The position numbers were made by a program, and so were the translations under genes. A stretch of 64,000 nt of DNA from Macrostomum lignano (lineage: Eukaryota): assembly GCA_002269645.1 (NCBI GenBank), contig NIVC01001960.1, forward strand, positions 124,001 to 188,000. Reading direction: 5' to 3'. The notes below the pieces were generated by a model. That model had not been told where the DNA came from, made no database searches, and saw only the letters and a list, made by a program, of their open reading frames with translations. Positions 12,618 to 26,094 of this stretch are shown here, piece by piece. Within the stretch, counting starts at the first letter, position 1, and every line of letters starts with the position of its first letter.

Positions 12618-13024
12618 CTGGGGTCGGCAAACTGTTTTACCTCAAGGGCCAGATAAAGATTCTAGCTCTTGGCTGCGGGCCAGATGAGAGGGAGAAGAGA
12701 GTCGAGGAGAGAGAAGAGAGTCGAGGAGAGATAAGAGAGTCGAGGAGAGAGAAGAGAGTCGAGGAGAGAGAAGAGAGTCGAGGAGAGAGAAGAGAGTCGA
12801 GGAAAGATAAGAGAGTCGAGGAGAGAGAAGAGAGTCGAGGAGAGAGAAGAGAGTCGAGGAGAGAGAAGAGAGTCGAGGAGAGAGAAGAGAGTCGAGGAGA
12901 GAGAAGAGAGTCGAGGAGGGAGAAGAGAGTCGAGGAGGGAGAAGAGAGTCGAGAGAGAGAGAGAGAGAGGAGAGAAGTTTCAAAGGACCCGAAGGCCTCG
13001 CGAGCCCGAGTTTGCCGACCCCTG
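12618..13024 (-). mobile_element. hAT-like MITE with an internal 19-bp array (GAGAAGAGAGTCGAGGAGA)
   Basis: TIRs CTGGGGTCGGCAAACT / AGTTTGCCGACCCCTG; 8-bp flanks GTTTGAAC (12610-12617) and GTTCAAAC (13025-13032). Confidence 0.75.
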
Positions 13025-13193
13025 GTTCAAACGAATCGACGCGCACAGAGGCTCAGCTAAGCACACAACACAATGATGGAAATGTTGCCGTTTATGACAG
13101 CTTCAGTTCACGAGACACACGAAAACAACGGTTGGTTCATAGCTCGTGATGTAAGGACGAAAACGCCAGAGTGGTTCAGGTTCGAGAATTCGA

Positions 13194-15334
13194 TCAGACC
13201 AGGTGGCTCCGTCTCTGAGACTGCAGCGGCATCGCCTCCTCGCAGGCGATTTCCCCTGTCGAGCAGGCGGCGGCCGGCTTCGCTCTGCCGGCCTCTTGGC
13301 CGTTCGGCGCCGGCGGCTGGGCCCCATCGTCATCCTCAATCTCCACAGCGGCTGCGTCTTTCGCTTCGCCGCCTTTTGCAGCGGCTGGCGGTCCCGGCCG
13401 GCGGCACCAGGTGAGAAACACGTCAGCGAAGGTGTCGCGAAACTGCTTGGACATGGTGGTGTACAGCACGAAGTTGACGCTGTTGTTGATCAGGGACAGC
13501 AGGTCGAGGACGTCGCCGAGAGGACTGTAGACGTTGGTGTCGAAATTTTTAACTACGAAACAGAGAAGGGACATGATGCCCTGCGGCAGCTCGGTGATGA
13601 TGAAGATGATCACAATGGCCAGCAGCATGATGGTGGTCCGCTGCTCCCGCCTATCCTTCCGCTGCTCCCGCTGGGAACTCTTGCCACTGCTGAGCAGCTT
13701 TCGGCGCCTGCGGGCCGCGTTGGACAGCTGGACAATCAGCAGGACGGTCATCAACGAGAGCAGCAGGCAGGGCACGATCTTGTACAGCACGGCGATGGTC
13801 CAGTAGTTCGACTCCACCAGGCTTGCTGTCATCACGTCCGGCAGGCCGATGAAGTACACCACCTGGTCCCGGCTGGAGCGGCAGGCTTTGGCCACGTTCA
13901 CCAGGTAGTTGGGCGTGGTGGTCAGCGCGAACACCAGGCAGATGGCGGCTATGCTGATGTAGGCGTTGCGGAAGCTGGCCAGCTGGACACCGCGGGTCGG
14001 TAGGGCGATGTAGAGGAAGCGGAACACGGCCAGCGCCACCGTCAGCCAGCAGGCCACGGTGTGCAGCACCAGCACCAGGCTGATGGCGAACAGCGAGTAC
14101 ACGATCCACGGGTACGATAGGGTGTGCGGCATGCTCAGGCCCTCGCCCGGCGATAGCAGGGTGAAGTGCAGAATCTACGGGGCATTGTTGCGGGGCAGAG
14201 TGGCTCCGTGGTACTTCAAAAATGCTAAAGTGCTTTTTTGGCTCCAGGCCAAAAACTGGTCCCAGGAGTTGCCGTACGCTCGTGCGACTCACCCACTGCA
14301 ATCTAACTTAACTAACTAATGGGTACCATGGATATTTCTAATGCTTCTACTTGCAGTAGCTTAATTCTGCTAAATTTAGAAAAAGCACACTGCAATGATA
14401 CACATGTGTGGTCTGAGGTGGCGCTCCGATATGCCAGCGGCCCAGGCTCGATTCCAAGTGCAGTCACATGAATTTGGGGCTGAATTGGAATCCCGGCTTG
14501 GCTCTGCTCGTGCAGTTAGCGGCATTGATGGCCAACCCCCAAGGCACAGTGAAGTGTACATGCCTAACGATAAATAAAGTTAGGGCCGCTGTACACTCCT
14601 GTGTGAGTGTGTGCCTGCGCGTGTGACTGCGTACGTATCCGCGCGCTTGTGTGCTGCTCAGGGGAGTCGGCGGAATGGGCAGCAATGCCTCTCGCCGGTT
14701 GTGTGGCAATGTCGCTTAAAGTGCGCCAGGGTGCACACAGCCTCCTGCCACTGATAAAGCAGACTAAGATGCAACAGACTAAGCAATGGTGGCGCGTTAG
14801 TTATCCGGTCATTATTCCACAGCTGCTCCCCCAATGTACATTTGCCCCCCACGCACAAGCTTCATCACGTGACGAGATAATAAATGCGGTAAAGCAGTCA
14901 CGTGATGAAGTCTGTACATAGGGTACACGAGCTATGTACGAATCCATCAAACGGATTTAAATGTTAGCCGGCCCTAACCCTCAGAGCACAGCATGCTTAA
15001 AAAGTACCATAGTTATAAAAAATGAATTATTTAGTCAAAAAAGCACCTGAAAAAAGTACAGCAGCATTGTGAGCAGATCGGCGGCCGCCACAGCCAGCAG
15101 GATGACATTGATGGAGGAGGCCAGCATCACCTTGCGAGTGAGCACGGCAATGTTAGCCACGTTGGCCACCACGCCGAAGACGCACAGCAGCACGCACACG
15201 TAGCCATGGACAGGCCGGTAGAATTCCTGGAACCTGGCCAGCGCCTGGTGCTCTGAGGCTCGCAATCCGGATATGTTGCTGCAGGCTATCAGCTGGGTGC
15301 GGTTGGCCAGGGGCCCGCTCAGCGCTGATCCCAT
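13194..15334 (-). CDS. Rhodopsin-class peptide GPCR, DmsR/myosuppressin-receptor-like (Srw-type); exons 15334-15047 and 14174-13194, 422 aa
   Basis: Phase-0 GT-AG junction LLYFFQ|ILHFTLL; seven hydrophobic segments; GVVANVANIAVL (TM1), LAVAAADLL (TM2), WLTVALAVFRF (TM3), FIITELPQGI (TM6), LINNSVNFVLY...SKQFRDTF (TM7/helix 8); N-terminal NRT and NIS sequons. Confidence 0.88.
14408..14736 (-). mobile_element. Dispersed repeat family A, copy 2, in the GPCR intron
   Basis: The reverse complement aligns along its full length with 302-636. Confidence 0.8.
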
Positions 15335-15347
15335 GGTTGAGGATTTT

Positions 15348-15636
15348 CTGCAACAATGGGAAGCGGGGTGCTTGTGGTTGTTGGATACCCTGCAACAGTG
15401 GGAAGTGGGGTGCTTGTGGTTGTTGGATACCCTGCAACAGTGGGAAGCGGGGTGCTTGTGGGTGTTAGATACCCTGCAACAATGCGAATTGGGGTGCTTG
15501 TGGGTGTTAGATACCCTGCAACAATGGGAATTGGGGTGCTTGTGGGTGTTAGATACCCTGCAACAATGCGAATTGGGGTGCTTGTGGGTGTTAGATACCC
15601 TGCAACAATGGGAAGCGGGGTACTTGTGGGTGTTCA
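15348..15636. repeat. 42-bp tandem repeat, ~7 copies, abutting the GPCR first coding exon
   Basis: Minus-strand unit CACCCCGCTTCCCATTGTTGCAGGGTATCCAACAACCACAAG. Confidence 0.93.
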
Positions 15637-16134
15637 AGTCAAGTCAAGGTGTTTAAATCAAGTTTATTGCAACAACTATAAAGTATAAATAGAATTTCAA
15701 TTGGCAGCCCATTCCAGGATTATAAAATTTCTAATCCAGAGAAGTTTCGGGTCAGACCTACGTCAAAAGTTTTTCCCAAGATCCACACCGAGCCGCTGAA
15801 ATTTCTAATTCTCAGGAGGCTTGCATATAGTGATAGTAGAAATATGAATTGCCTCGGATACCATGAGCTGTGGTGTATTAACCAAACTGCCGACTTTAAT
15901 TCTGCTCGTAAATATTTATTATGGGCCATAATTTTGAGTAATTGCTGTCAACTGAAGTCAAGCCTGCTGACAGGACTGCAGCCTCACTGCCGATGTTAAA
16001 ATCCGTCACGGGAGTCCGGTGCCTAGATAAATTAATAGTTCACCTTTTATTACAAAATAGCACTCAATTTTATAGGGCTCAAGACTAAATCCATATTTTG
16101 TAGTTCCAGACGAGACTTTGGTAGGCAAGATTCT

Positions 16135-16480
16135 GGCGCGCCATCACCACTGATTTTGGCGCCATCAGCCCTGATTTTGGCGTCATCAGCACTGATTTTG
16201 GCGTCATCAGCTTTGATTTTGGCGCCATGAGCACTGATTTTGGCGCCATCAGCACTGATTTTGGCGCCATCAGCACTGATTTTGGCGTCATCAGCACTGA
16301 TTTTGGCGCCATCAGCACTGATTTTGGCGTCATCAGCACTGATTTTGGCGTCATCAGCACTGATTTTGGCGCCATCAGCACTGATTTTGGCGTCATCAGC
16401 TTTGATTTTGGCGCCATGAGCACTGATATGGCGCCATGAGCACTGTTTTTGGTGCCTCATCACCACTGATTTTAGCGCGC
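16135..16480. repeat. 21-bp minisatellite (GCACTGATTTTGGCG(C/T)CATCA), ~16 copies
   Basis: Directly visible. Confidence 0.93.
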
Positions 16481-16775
16481 CATCAACATTGATTGACATT
16501 CTTATTGCCCTCACCAGAAGCTATACCAGTACCGCCAGCCCCACTGAAACGTAGTTAGCTAAAGAAATTCATATTTCAAGCTTATGCGCGCGTCTTTTCC
16601 TCAAAATCTTCAAAGTATGATCATTAATTGGAGTGTCCCGAGTCTGCAATTCTGCCTCATTTTTTCAAATATTTTCTCCAATATTTTGCCAAGCTTGCTT
16701 CCTTTTTGTGTTGAAAGGAGAAAACTCCGGGAAAAAAGAAGAAAGTCAATAACCGATTAAATAGATTTTTTAGAA

Positions 16776-17175
16776 ACAAAAATCACGCCGTTTCAAATCA
16801 GCCCAGCTAACTATTATAACAAAAATCACGCAGTTTCAAATCAGCCCAGCTAACTATTATAACAAAAATCACGCAGTTTCAAATCAGCCCAGCTAACTGT
16901 TATAACAAAAATCACGCAGTTTCAAATCAGCCCAGCTAACTATTATAACAAAAATCACGCAGTTTCAAATCAGCCCAGCTAACTGTTATAACAAAAATCA
17001 CGCAGTTTCAAATCAGCCTAGCTAACTATTATAACAAAAATCACGCAGTTTCAAATCAGCCCAGCTAACTATTATAACAAAAATCACGCAGTTTCAAATC
17101 AGCCCAGCTAACTATTATAACAAAAATCACGCAGTTTCAAATCAGCCCAGCTAACTATTATAACAAAAATCACGC
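16776..17175. repeat. 43-bp tandem repeat (AACAAAAATCACGCAGTTTCAAATCAGCCCAGCTAACTATTAT), ~9 copies
   Basis: Directly visible. Confidence 0.95.
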
Positions 17176-18729
17176 TGACATTGGGAAAATGACTTTCAGC
17201 TACTATTACTCAAGCAGCCCTTCGCCTCATAACCCTGCAATCAACCGCCATGATGGAAGGCTCGCCAAATCTGCGAATGCACAAACGTGAAAGCGAGAGC
17301 CGCAGAGAGCCAAGTTTAGTGGACTGCGAAAGATTGAATGCATTCCGGAGAGCTCCGCTCCCATTAATAAGTCGCCGGACGCTCGCATCCTTGAAGCAGA
17401 AATCTGCTCTCTCCTCTCTCTCTGCTTTGCAACGCCATCTTGGCTTGTCGGGGCAAACAACTTCGTGGCTTAGGGCGGACTGGAGAGACGGGGCGTGGGG
17501 CACTCCGTTTGCTCAGCGCAGCCCTTTCCGCTTCAATGGCCGCCCGGATTTCCTTCAATTTGCACTCCTAGCCGCAATTAATTAGCATATTCATAGCGTA
17601 TTCCTGCGCTCGAGTACCTTTTTACTGTGAGGGATTGCGCTGCAGAGGAGAGACTGAAGTGTTGGACCAAGTTATGAAACGTTATGGCAGTCCAGGACCA
17701 CCCAGGACTGCATGTTGCTGGAATCGGAAACGAAACGCAAAAGACGAAACTCAATAGCGGGAGGCGCAGGGCCGTAATGAAGGGGTGAAAAACTCGGTTG
17801 GGATAGTTTTCAGTGAAACACGAAGTGCCCGCTGCTGCGGGTCTGCCACCAGCCCGCTTAAAGAGGATTTCAGCGCCTACTTACGCTTCCCAATTCGGCA
17901 GGTCGGCAACTTGCAGCAGCCATCATCAGACTCGGGATTTCTCTCTTGTTAAACCGGAGAGAAAGTATTTCGGCTGCTTCCCAGCCATATGTTGCGTGCC
18001 AAGCGTCACTCAAAGCTGACAGCTCGGCCCCACAGTTACAAGAACAAGTCTGGCATCTCTCTCTCCTCTTCCATTAATTGGAACCTGTACCTGCGCGTCT
18101 ACGAGCTGCTTAGCCGTAAAGCCATGGCAACTGACTGACCGAAATGAATACAGATAAGATCAGATCCGACTACCTTCATACTTGAGATCCCATGACCGCT
18201 TCCTAGGCTAATTATTTATTTTCCATCTCCCTATACGAACTGAGTTACGGAAAAGTCTAAAAGGAAGATTGGATTTCTGATTTCTCTCAATTTTCCTTGC
18301 TTCTCGTTTCTTTCGTTAGCATCCTTTGGACGCATGAGCGAGCCGGATCGAATGAGGCTACTCGGACTCGCACATCCGTCTCTGATTACGGGGTGGCGAC
18401 TGGCACCGTCCCGACGCACTTCCGTCACAACCCCAGTCCTAACCCTAACCAGAACTCTTTAACAATAATTTTAAACACAGTTGCCACTCACCACGTCAGA
18501 CAGTTTATGCGATTTCCGTATCCCAATCCTCGCCTGGGACTGCAATCAGTTTTCCTTGACTGCTCAGCTGTGGACTCTCGTCAGCTTTGAATTTATTCCA
18601 CTGCCTTCAGCGAATCCCCGACAGCGGCGATTCAGCCATTCTGCCTTCAGCCAGTCCTGTGCGATTCAGCCATTGGCTGCAAACTGCTCGCAGGGCATGG
18701 AGGGCAAATTGTTGTGACAGATGGCGAAC

Positions 18730-19114
<385 letters not shown>

Positions 19115-19839
19115 GTCTCTGAAAAAAGGCTATAATAATTAGCTTCTCGGACACCGAAATCGAGGGTCTACAGTCAGGATAATTATTGTTTAATTGACTA
19201 GAAATCTTGTTTAGCCAGCGGGCCCGCCTTGAGCCCTTTTTGACCTTTTGACTAATCAGGCCATTGACAGAGAAGGCCTTTGCTAGATTCTAACTGGCTT
19301 GGGGGTTTCTTTTCAATTTTGTGATGACGTTACGAGGGCGTGAGGACATTTAATCAGCTCGTAATTATTTGTCAGATGACGTCACAGTTCTCAGACTCTC
19401 CGAACAATCGGACAAGCCTCGAGAAAGTAAAACATTCAAGTTTCCGAATCGCATAGCCGGCATGATAGCAACTGAGTACTGATATTCTGCACTTCTGGAA
19501 GGCGAGACATGCGAAATCAGATGGGGGGTCGATGATTGCGTGGCGTGCAAGCTGAGGACGATTGAAGATGAAGTAAGCCAAGGGCCCGGCTCATTAGGTC
19601 CGCATGCATGGGGAGCTGGGGGGGGGGGTCCGGCTTGAGCTTGCCGCTTCGACGGGCGCGGCAGCACTGCAGCGGGGGGGCAGTCGATGGCGGCCCCGCC
19701 TGTGTTTTGAAAGCGAGAGAAAACTGACAGATCGAAATTCGAATTTGAGGGCGAATCACTGCGGCGATGATGGCGCGAGGGAAGCTTTTAGTGAGAGATT
19801 CTGAGTTGGACTCAGATTGGGAGTGCTGGTGAGATTTGG

Positions 19840-20530
19840 TGTGAGATCTAGAGTGGGATCTAGAGTGAGATCTAGAGTGAGATCTAGAGTGAGATCTAGA
19901 GTGAGTTCTAGAGTGAGATCTAGAGTGAGATCTAGAGTGAGATCTAGAGTGAGATCTAGAGTGAGATCTAGAGTGAGATCTAGAGTGAGATCTAGAGTGA
20001 GATCTAGAGTGGGAGTGAGTGAGATTGTGTGAGAGTGTAAAGGAGAATGTGAGATGTTGAGTGAGATTGTGTGAGAGTGTAAAGGAGAATGTGAGATGTT
20101 GAGTGAGATTATGAGATTGTGTGACAGTCTGATATTGTGTGTGAGTGTGAGGCTGTGTGAGAGTGACACTGTGTGAAAGTCTGAGACTGTGAGAGTGTGA
20201 GACTGTGTGAGAGCGTGAAACAGTGAGCGAGAGTGAGACAGAGAGTGAGAGTGAGACAGGGAGTGAGAGTGAGACAGTGAGTGAAGGTGAGACTGAGAGT
20301 AAGAGTATGACAGTGATTGAGAGTGAGACAGAGAGTGAGAGTGAGACAGAGAGTGAGGGTGAGACAGAGAGTGAGAGTGAGACAGTAATTGAGAGTGAGA
20401 CAGTGAGTGAGAGTGAGACAGTGAGTGAGGGTGAGACAGTGAGTGAGGGTGAGACAGTGAGTGAGGGTGAGACAGTGAGTGAGGTCGTGCGACAGTCTGA
20501 GATGGTGTGAGAGTTGTGAGACTACACGAG
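19840..20530. repeat. 12-bp array (AGTGAGATCTAG) followed by degenerate GA/GT-rich repeats
   Basis: Directly visible. Confidence 0.88.
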
Positions 20531-20929
20531 TGTGAGTTTGTTTGAGAGAGATCTGTGAGACTGAGTAAAAATACAGTTCATCGTATTATATTCAGAATAA
20601 ATCATTTTTACTGCAGACTCAATGCCGCCGTTTTAACAATTAAAATTGAATTTCAAAAAAAGATTTTGAGACCACTCGACTCATGGATCCCCACTTTAGT
20701 CGTTCAGGAAGAAGCTGCTGCCTTTGAGTGCAGCTGGTGCTCCAACCGCCTCACTGAGCCCAGCGCTAAAAGGTTGATGAGCTGACAGAATGAGAGAATT
20801 ACCTGCTTTGGTCTGACCAATCTCTCCTTGCCGACTTTCAATTGTGCTCCGCTACTCAGCGTCCATTGTTTGGGGAGCTGTCTATTGTGACACTCCTAAA
20901 TTTAGCTTACAATTGATGCCTGAGACAGA

Positions 20930-22195
20930 TCTGCCACTGACAGCAGTTTCTCTCCTGTACAGATTGAGAATCTGCCACTGACAGCAGTTTCTCTCCTGTA
21001 CCGATTGAGAATCGGCCACTGACAGCAGTTTCTCTCCTGTACCGATTGAGAATCGGCCACTGACAGCAGTTTCTCTCCTGTACCGATTGAGAATCGGCCA
21101 CTGACAGCAGTTTCTCTCCTGTACCGATTGAGAATCGGCCACTGACAGCAGTTTCTCTCCTGTACCGATTGAGAATCGGCCATTGACAGCAGTTTCTCTC
21201 TTGTACCGATTGAGAATCCGCCACTGACAGCAGTTTCTCTCTTGTACCGATTGAGAATCCGCCACTGACAGCAGTTTCTCTCTTGTACAGATTGAGAATC
21301 CGCCACTGACAGCACATTTTGTACAGATTGAGAATCTGCCACTGACAGCAGTTTCTCTCCTGTACAGATTGAGAATCCGCCACTGACAGCAGTTTATCTC
21401 CTGTACCGATTGAGAATCCGCCACTGACAGCAGTTTCTCTCCTGTACCGATTGAGAATCTGCCACTGACAGCAGTTTATCTCCTGTACCGATTGAGAATC
21501 TGCCACTGACAGCAGTTTATCTCCTGTACCGATTGAGAATCGGCCACTGACAGCACATTTTGTACAGATTGAGAATCTGCCACTGACAGCAGTTTCTCTC
21601 CTGTACAGATTGAGAATCCGCCACTGACAGCAGTTTATCTCCTGTACCGATTGAGAATCTGCCACTGACAGCAGTTTCTCTCCTGTACAGATTGAGAATC
21701 TGCCACTGACAGCAGTTTCTCTCTTGTACAGATTGAGAATCTGCCACTGACAGCAGTTTCTCTCTTGTACCGATTGAGAATCTGCCACTGACAGCAGTTT
21801 CTCTCCTGTACAGATTGAGAATCTGCCACTGACAGCAGTTTCTCTCTTGTACAGATTGAGAATCCGCCACTGACAGCAGTTTATCTCCTGTACCGATTGA
21901 GAATCTGCCACTGACAGCAGTTTCTCTCTTGTACAGATTGAGAATCCGCCACTGACAGCAGTTTATCTCCTGTACCGATTGAGAATCTGCCACTGACAGC
22001 AGTTTCTCTCCTGTACAGATTGAGAATCTGCCACTGACAGCAGTTTCTCTCCTGTACCGATTGAGAATCTGCCACTGACAGCAGTTTCTCTCCTGTACCG
22101 ATTGAGAATCTGTCACTGACAGCAGTTTCTCTCTTGTACAGATTGAGAATCCGCCACTGACAGCACATTTTGTACCGATTGAGAATCTGCCACTG
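20930..22195. repeat. 41-bp minisatellite (GCCACTGACAGCAGTTTCTCTCCTGTAC(A/C)GATTGAGAATCT), ~31 copies
   Basis: 41-bp period (21001 vs 21042); three shortened units at ~21310, ~21555 and ~22160. Confidence 0.95.
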
Positions 22196-24464
22196 AATGC
22201 AGTTTCTGTCCTGTTATTTTTACTGACAGAGAATCTGCAAGTGCCACACAGCAGTTGCTGCGAGACCTTATCAACTACATGTATTTCCCAGCTGCTAACG
22301 CGAAAGTCTGAAATCCTGCTCCGTCAGTCATTGCAGACACTTGAAGATCAATAAACAAATGATGAAAATTAAATAACAAAAAATGCTAGTAACTGGGTCA
22401 GTGATGAAGCATCGTCCCTGCAGAGTGTCAGCTGACTGTTGAAACCAGACCCAAGTTTCAGATGGCCCCGCCGTGTATCCAGTTACTAAATTGCCGTTTT
22501 TTGCTAGATTAACTTCAACTGCTATTTTTCGGACTGTGCTTATATAGACAGTACTATATAAGGGAACAATATGGATCCCCAAACTTGTCTTATACTTCTG
22601 CTAGGAAAGATCCACTGGGAAATGCAATGGAGGGGGATCGTGCCCGATTGTGTGTTTATGCCCGGTGCGCTGGTGCATGGTTAGACAGCTAATTGCAAAA
22701 ATACCGTGCGAGTGCCAGCACGCGGAGGGGATGGCGGGGGGTAGCTCTCTCTCGGGATGGGCCTCCCAGCCGCATATCTGTCTTGCCTTTGGTCTGATGG
22801 ATGCTGGCCTGGACTGATGATGACGATGATGTCTTCCTTGTGATGCGACTTGGTACAAGATTACCGGAGGCAACCCACTGTTTGCACTTCAATGGGCATG
22901 CGAAAGCTGAATAACAGAACAACCAGATAAGCAGGCACCCACAGGCCAATAGTTTTATAGGTTTTATTGAAGGCCCAAATTCATAATGATTGTTGGCGTT
23001 TGATTTTAAAATTTATTAACATGGCCAACAGAAGCAGAAATATTTGAGAGACGGCTACTGTAGTTGACCATGTAGCATTGGAAACTGGCAACAGGCTAAT
23101 AGTGATAATATACAATAGTGGCTGCATATATACATGTAGCTAGGGCTAAAACGCGAAAAAGTTAAGGCGTCATCTCGAACGATCAGTCGCAGCCTTTTTC
23201 AGCAGCGTTTCAGTCAAAGTCCCCACCAGCTGGAGTGCAAATTAGTATATATTACTGACGTATCTGTCCAAACAAAAAATTAATTATTAATATTATTACT
23301 TACTGTTGTTTCAATTTTACTGCAGCAGAGTGTGAAGAGTGTGCGAAGCACTGCCCGAAAGACGCTGCTATGCTAAAAAGGGACGAAATCAAAGGCCTCT
23401 CAATCCAGCATCAATTTTTGACGGAATTCCAAGACCGTCGTGCCTCGTTCAAACCCAAGGTTTTTAATTAAAAAGTGGCAGATTCTCCGCATCGGTACCA
23501 AAAATCCGACTAAGAAGGAGAGCTCTCTAGCTGGCTGTTTCCTCTATCAAGCGGTGATTGCCGGGGTAAACAAGACGCTGTTGATGAGCCTAAGAGGCAA
23601 AATATTGCTGCTTTCATATGATGTGCGTACGCTAACTGCGCTCTTTCGTTAGCTGCATCAAGCCCTCTCTCCCTCCCGCTGTTCTGCTGTAAAGCAAGCA
23701 CAGGCACCCCTTAGTCAAGTGGCCTCGGCCGCAGTTGCCGGGGCTCTTAGCCGATTTCCTAAGTGCTTCAATTTTCGTATTTCGTCTCCAATCCGTCCGC
23801 GCTCCTCGCTGCGGCGGGCAGCTGCAGAGGTCCCTGGGAGTGAGCGACTCTTGAGTACGATTCTCCGCGAGTGCCCCGGCATTCGGAAATCAAAGATGGA
23901 AGGTCCGGGAGGCCAGCATCGAGGAAGGAATGGCCTGAGAATGTCAGCCGTTATTACAACCGGACTCTGCGGGCTTAACTACCTAGGGTCACGTGATGTC
24001 AGCTGTCAGCTTCTCAAGATTTTTGTTTGAATAATTGCCTCATTGTCAGCTGAAAGTCATCAATAGCCAAGATAGGGATTGTATAATGCAATCCTGTCAG
24101 CTGAGGGTCACGCGATAGTCAAGATGGGGATTGTACGAGTATGATGCAATCCTGTCAGCTGAGATTTTATAATCCATTTTAGTTTCATTGTAGACTATAG
24201 GAATGATTTTTTGATGTAGCTTGTTTTCTTTTCTGCCAGCATTTATGGTGATTAAAGTTTAGTGTTTCAACGTAGTACAAAGCTTTTGACAACAATCATG
24301 CTCTACATGTATTTTAGCAACCTCTCTTTCACTACTGTTAGTAGGCTAAATAGAGACTTCAAACAAATTAGTGAGTGGCCGCAGATTTGGGGTTCGCTAT
24401 CACTGACCGTAAGCAGACTTGTAGAAAACACAACAATAGTAAACAAAATGATTGTAAACACATA

Positions 24465-25460
24465 ATATAAACACAATGATAGTATAAACACAATGATGGT
24501 ACAAACACAATGATGGTATAAACACAATGATGGTACAAACACAATGATGGTATAAACACAATGATGGTATAAACACAATGATGGTACAAACACAATGATG
24601 GTATAAACACAATGATGGTATAAACACAATGATGGTATAAACACAATGATGGTACAAACACAATGATGGTATAAACACAATGATGGTACAAACACAATGA
24701 TGGTACAAACACAATGATGGTATAAACACAATGATGGTACAAACACAATGATGGTACAAACACAATGATGGTACAAACACAATGATGGTACAAACACAAC
24801 GATGGTACAAACACAATGATGGTATAAACACAATGATGGTACAAACACAATGATAGTATAAACACAATGATAGTATAAACACAATGACGGTATAAACACA
24901 ATGACGGTATAAACACAATGATGGTACAAACACAATGATGGTATAAACACAATGATGGTACAAACACAATGATGGTACAAACACAATGATAGTATAAACA
25001 CAATGACGGTATAAACACAATGACGGTATAAACACAATGACGGTATAAACACAATGATGGTACAAACACAATGATGGTATAAACACAATGATGGTACAAA
25101 CACAATGATGGTACAAACACAATGATAGTATAAACACAATGACGGTATAAACACAATGATAGTATAAACACAATGACGGTATAAACACAATGATGGTACA
25201 AACACAATGATGGTACAAACACAATGATGGTACAAACACAATGATAGTATAAACACAATGACGGTATAAACACAATGATGGTATAAACACAATGATGGTA
25301 CAAACACAATGATGGTATAAACACAATGATGGTACAAACACAATGACGGTATAAACACAATGATGGTATAAACACAATGATGGTACAAACACAATGATGG
25401 TATAAACACAATGATGGTACAAACACAATGATGGTACAAACACAATGATAATAAACACAG
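24465..25460. repeat. 17-bp minisatellite (ACACAATGATGGTA(C/T)AA), ~58 copies
   Basis: Directly visible. Confidence 0.95.
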
Positions 25461-26094
25461 TGACAATAAACAAACAGTAATTATCAAGCATACATTAAAA
25501 CTAAATTATTGTAAACACAGTACGTAGAAAATGCACAGAACTGTAAAACACACTGACAGCTGCCTTCCCACCTTATAAATCCCTGTACCTGGGACAGGTA
25601 CCTGCCTAAAACTCAAAGGTAGATCGAACTGTGGCAATCAAAATAATTTTAGCTTAGATTTGTAATCTACATCGCGGAGACAAGAATTCGGATTGCCTAG
25701 CCCCCCCCTACCCCCCCCCCCTACGGGAAAAGTGTTGGCGGAAGGCCTGAGGGAAACGAGGAAGGCGTTTCCGATGCAAAGGCTCGGGTTGACACGCAAC
25801 GGATATCAAGTGCTGTCGGCGGGCATCGAACAGATTTCTGTCGATAAAATTCTGCTAAGGCAAGCCGTTTATGTGGGGGGCATGAAATGCTGATGCATCA
25901 ATATTGGCTATCGGGATGGCTGCCAAGTCATTCCTAATATTATAGATATAGATAATATTATAGATATAGATATTAGGTTTAAACCCCATAGGTTTAGGTG
26001 TCATGAGGTTCAGGTGTTATACGGTTTAGGTGTTATGGGGTTTACGCATTGAGGCCCAGGCGTTAATGACCAAGGTTCAGGGTTGAGGTTCAGA

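Noticed and set aside
22600-22950. GC-richer island with short ORFs
   Set aside because: No recognisable protein motif or convincing splice-site pair in any frame examined.
23575-23612. Hammerhead-like TTGATGA-GCCT(AAG)AGGC-AAAA
   Set aside because: Two core positions deviate (CUGA to UUGA, GAAA to AAAA) and no stem I can be formed.
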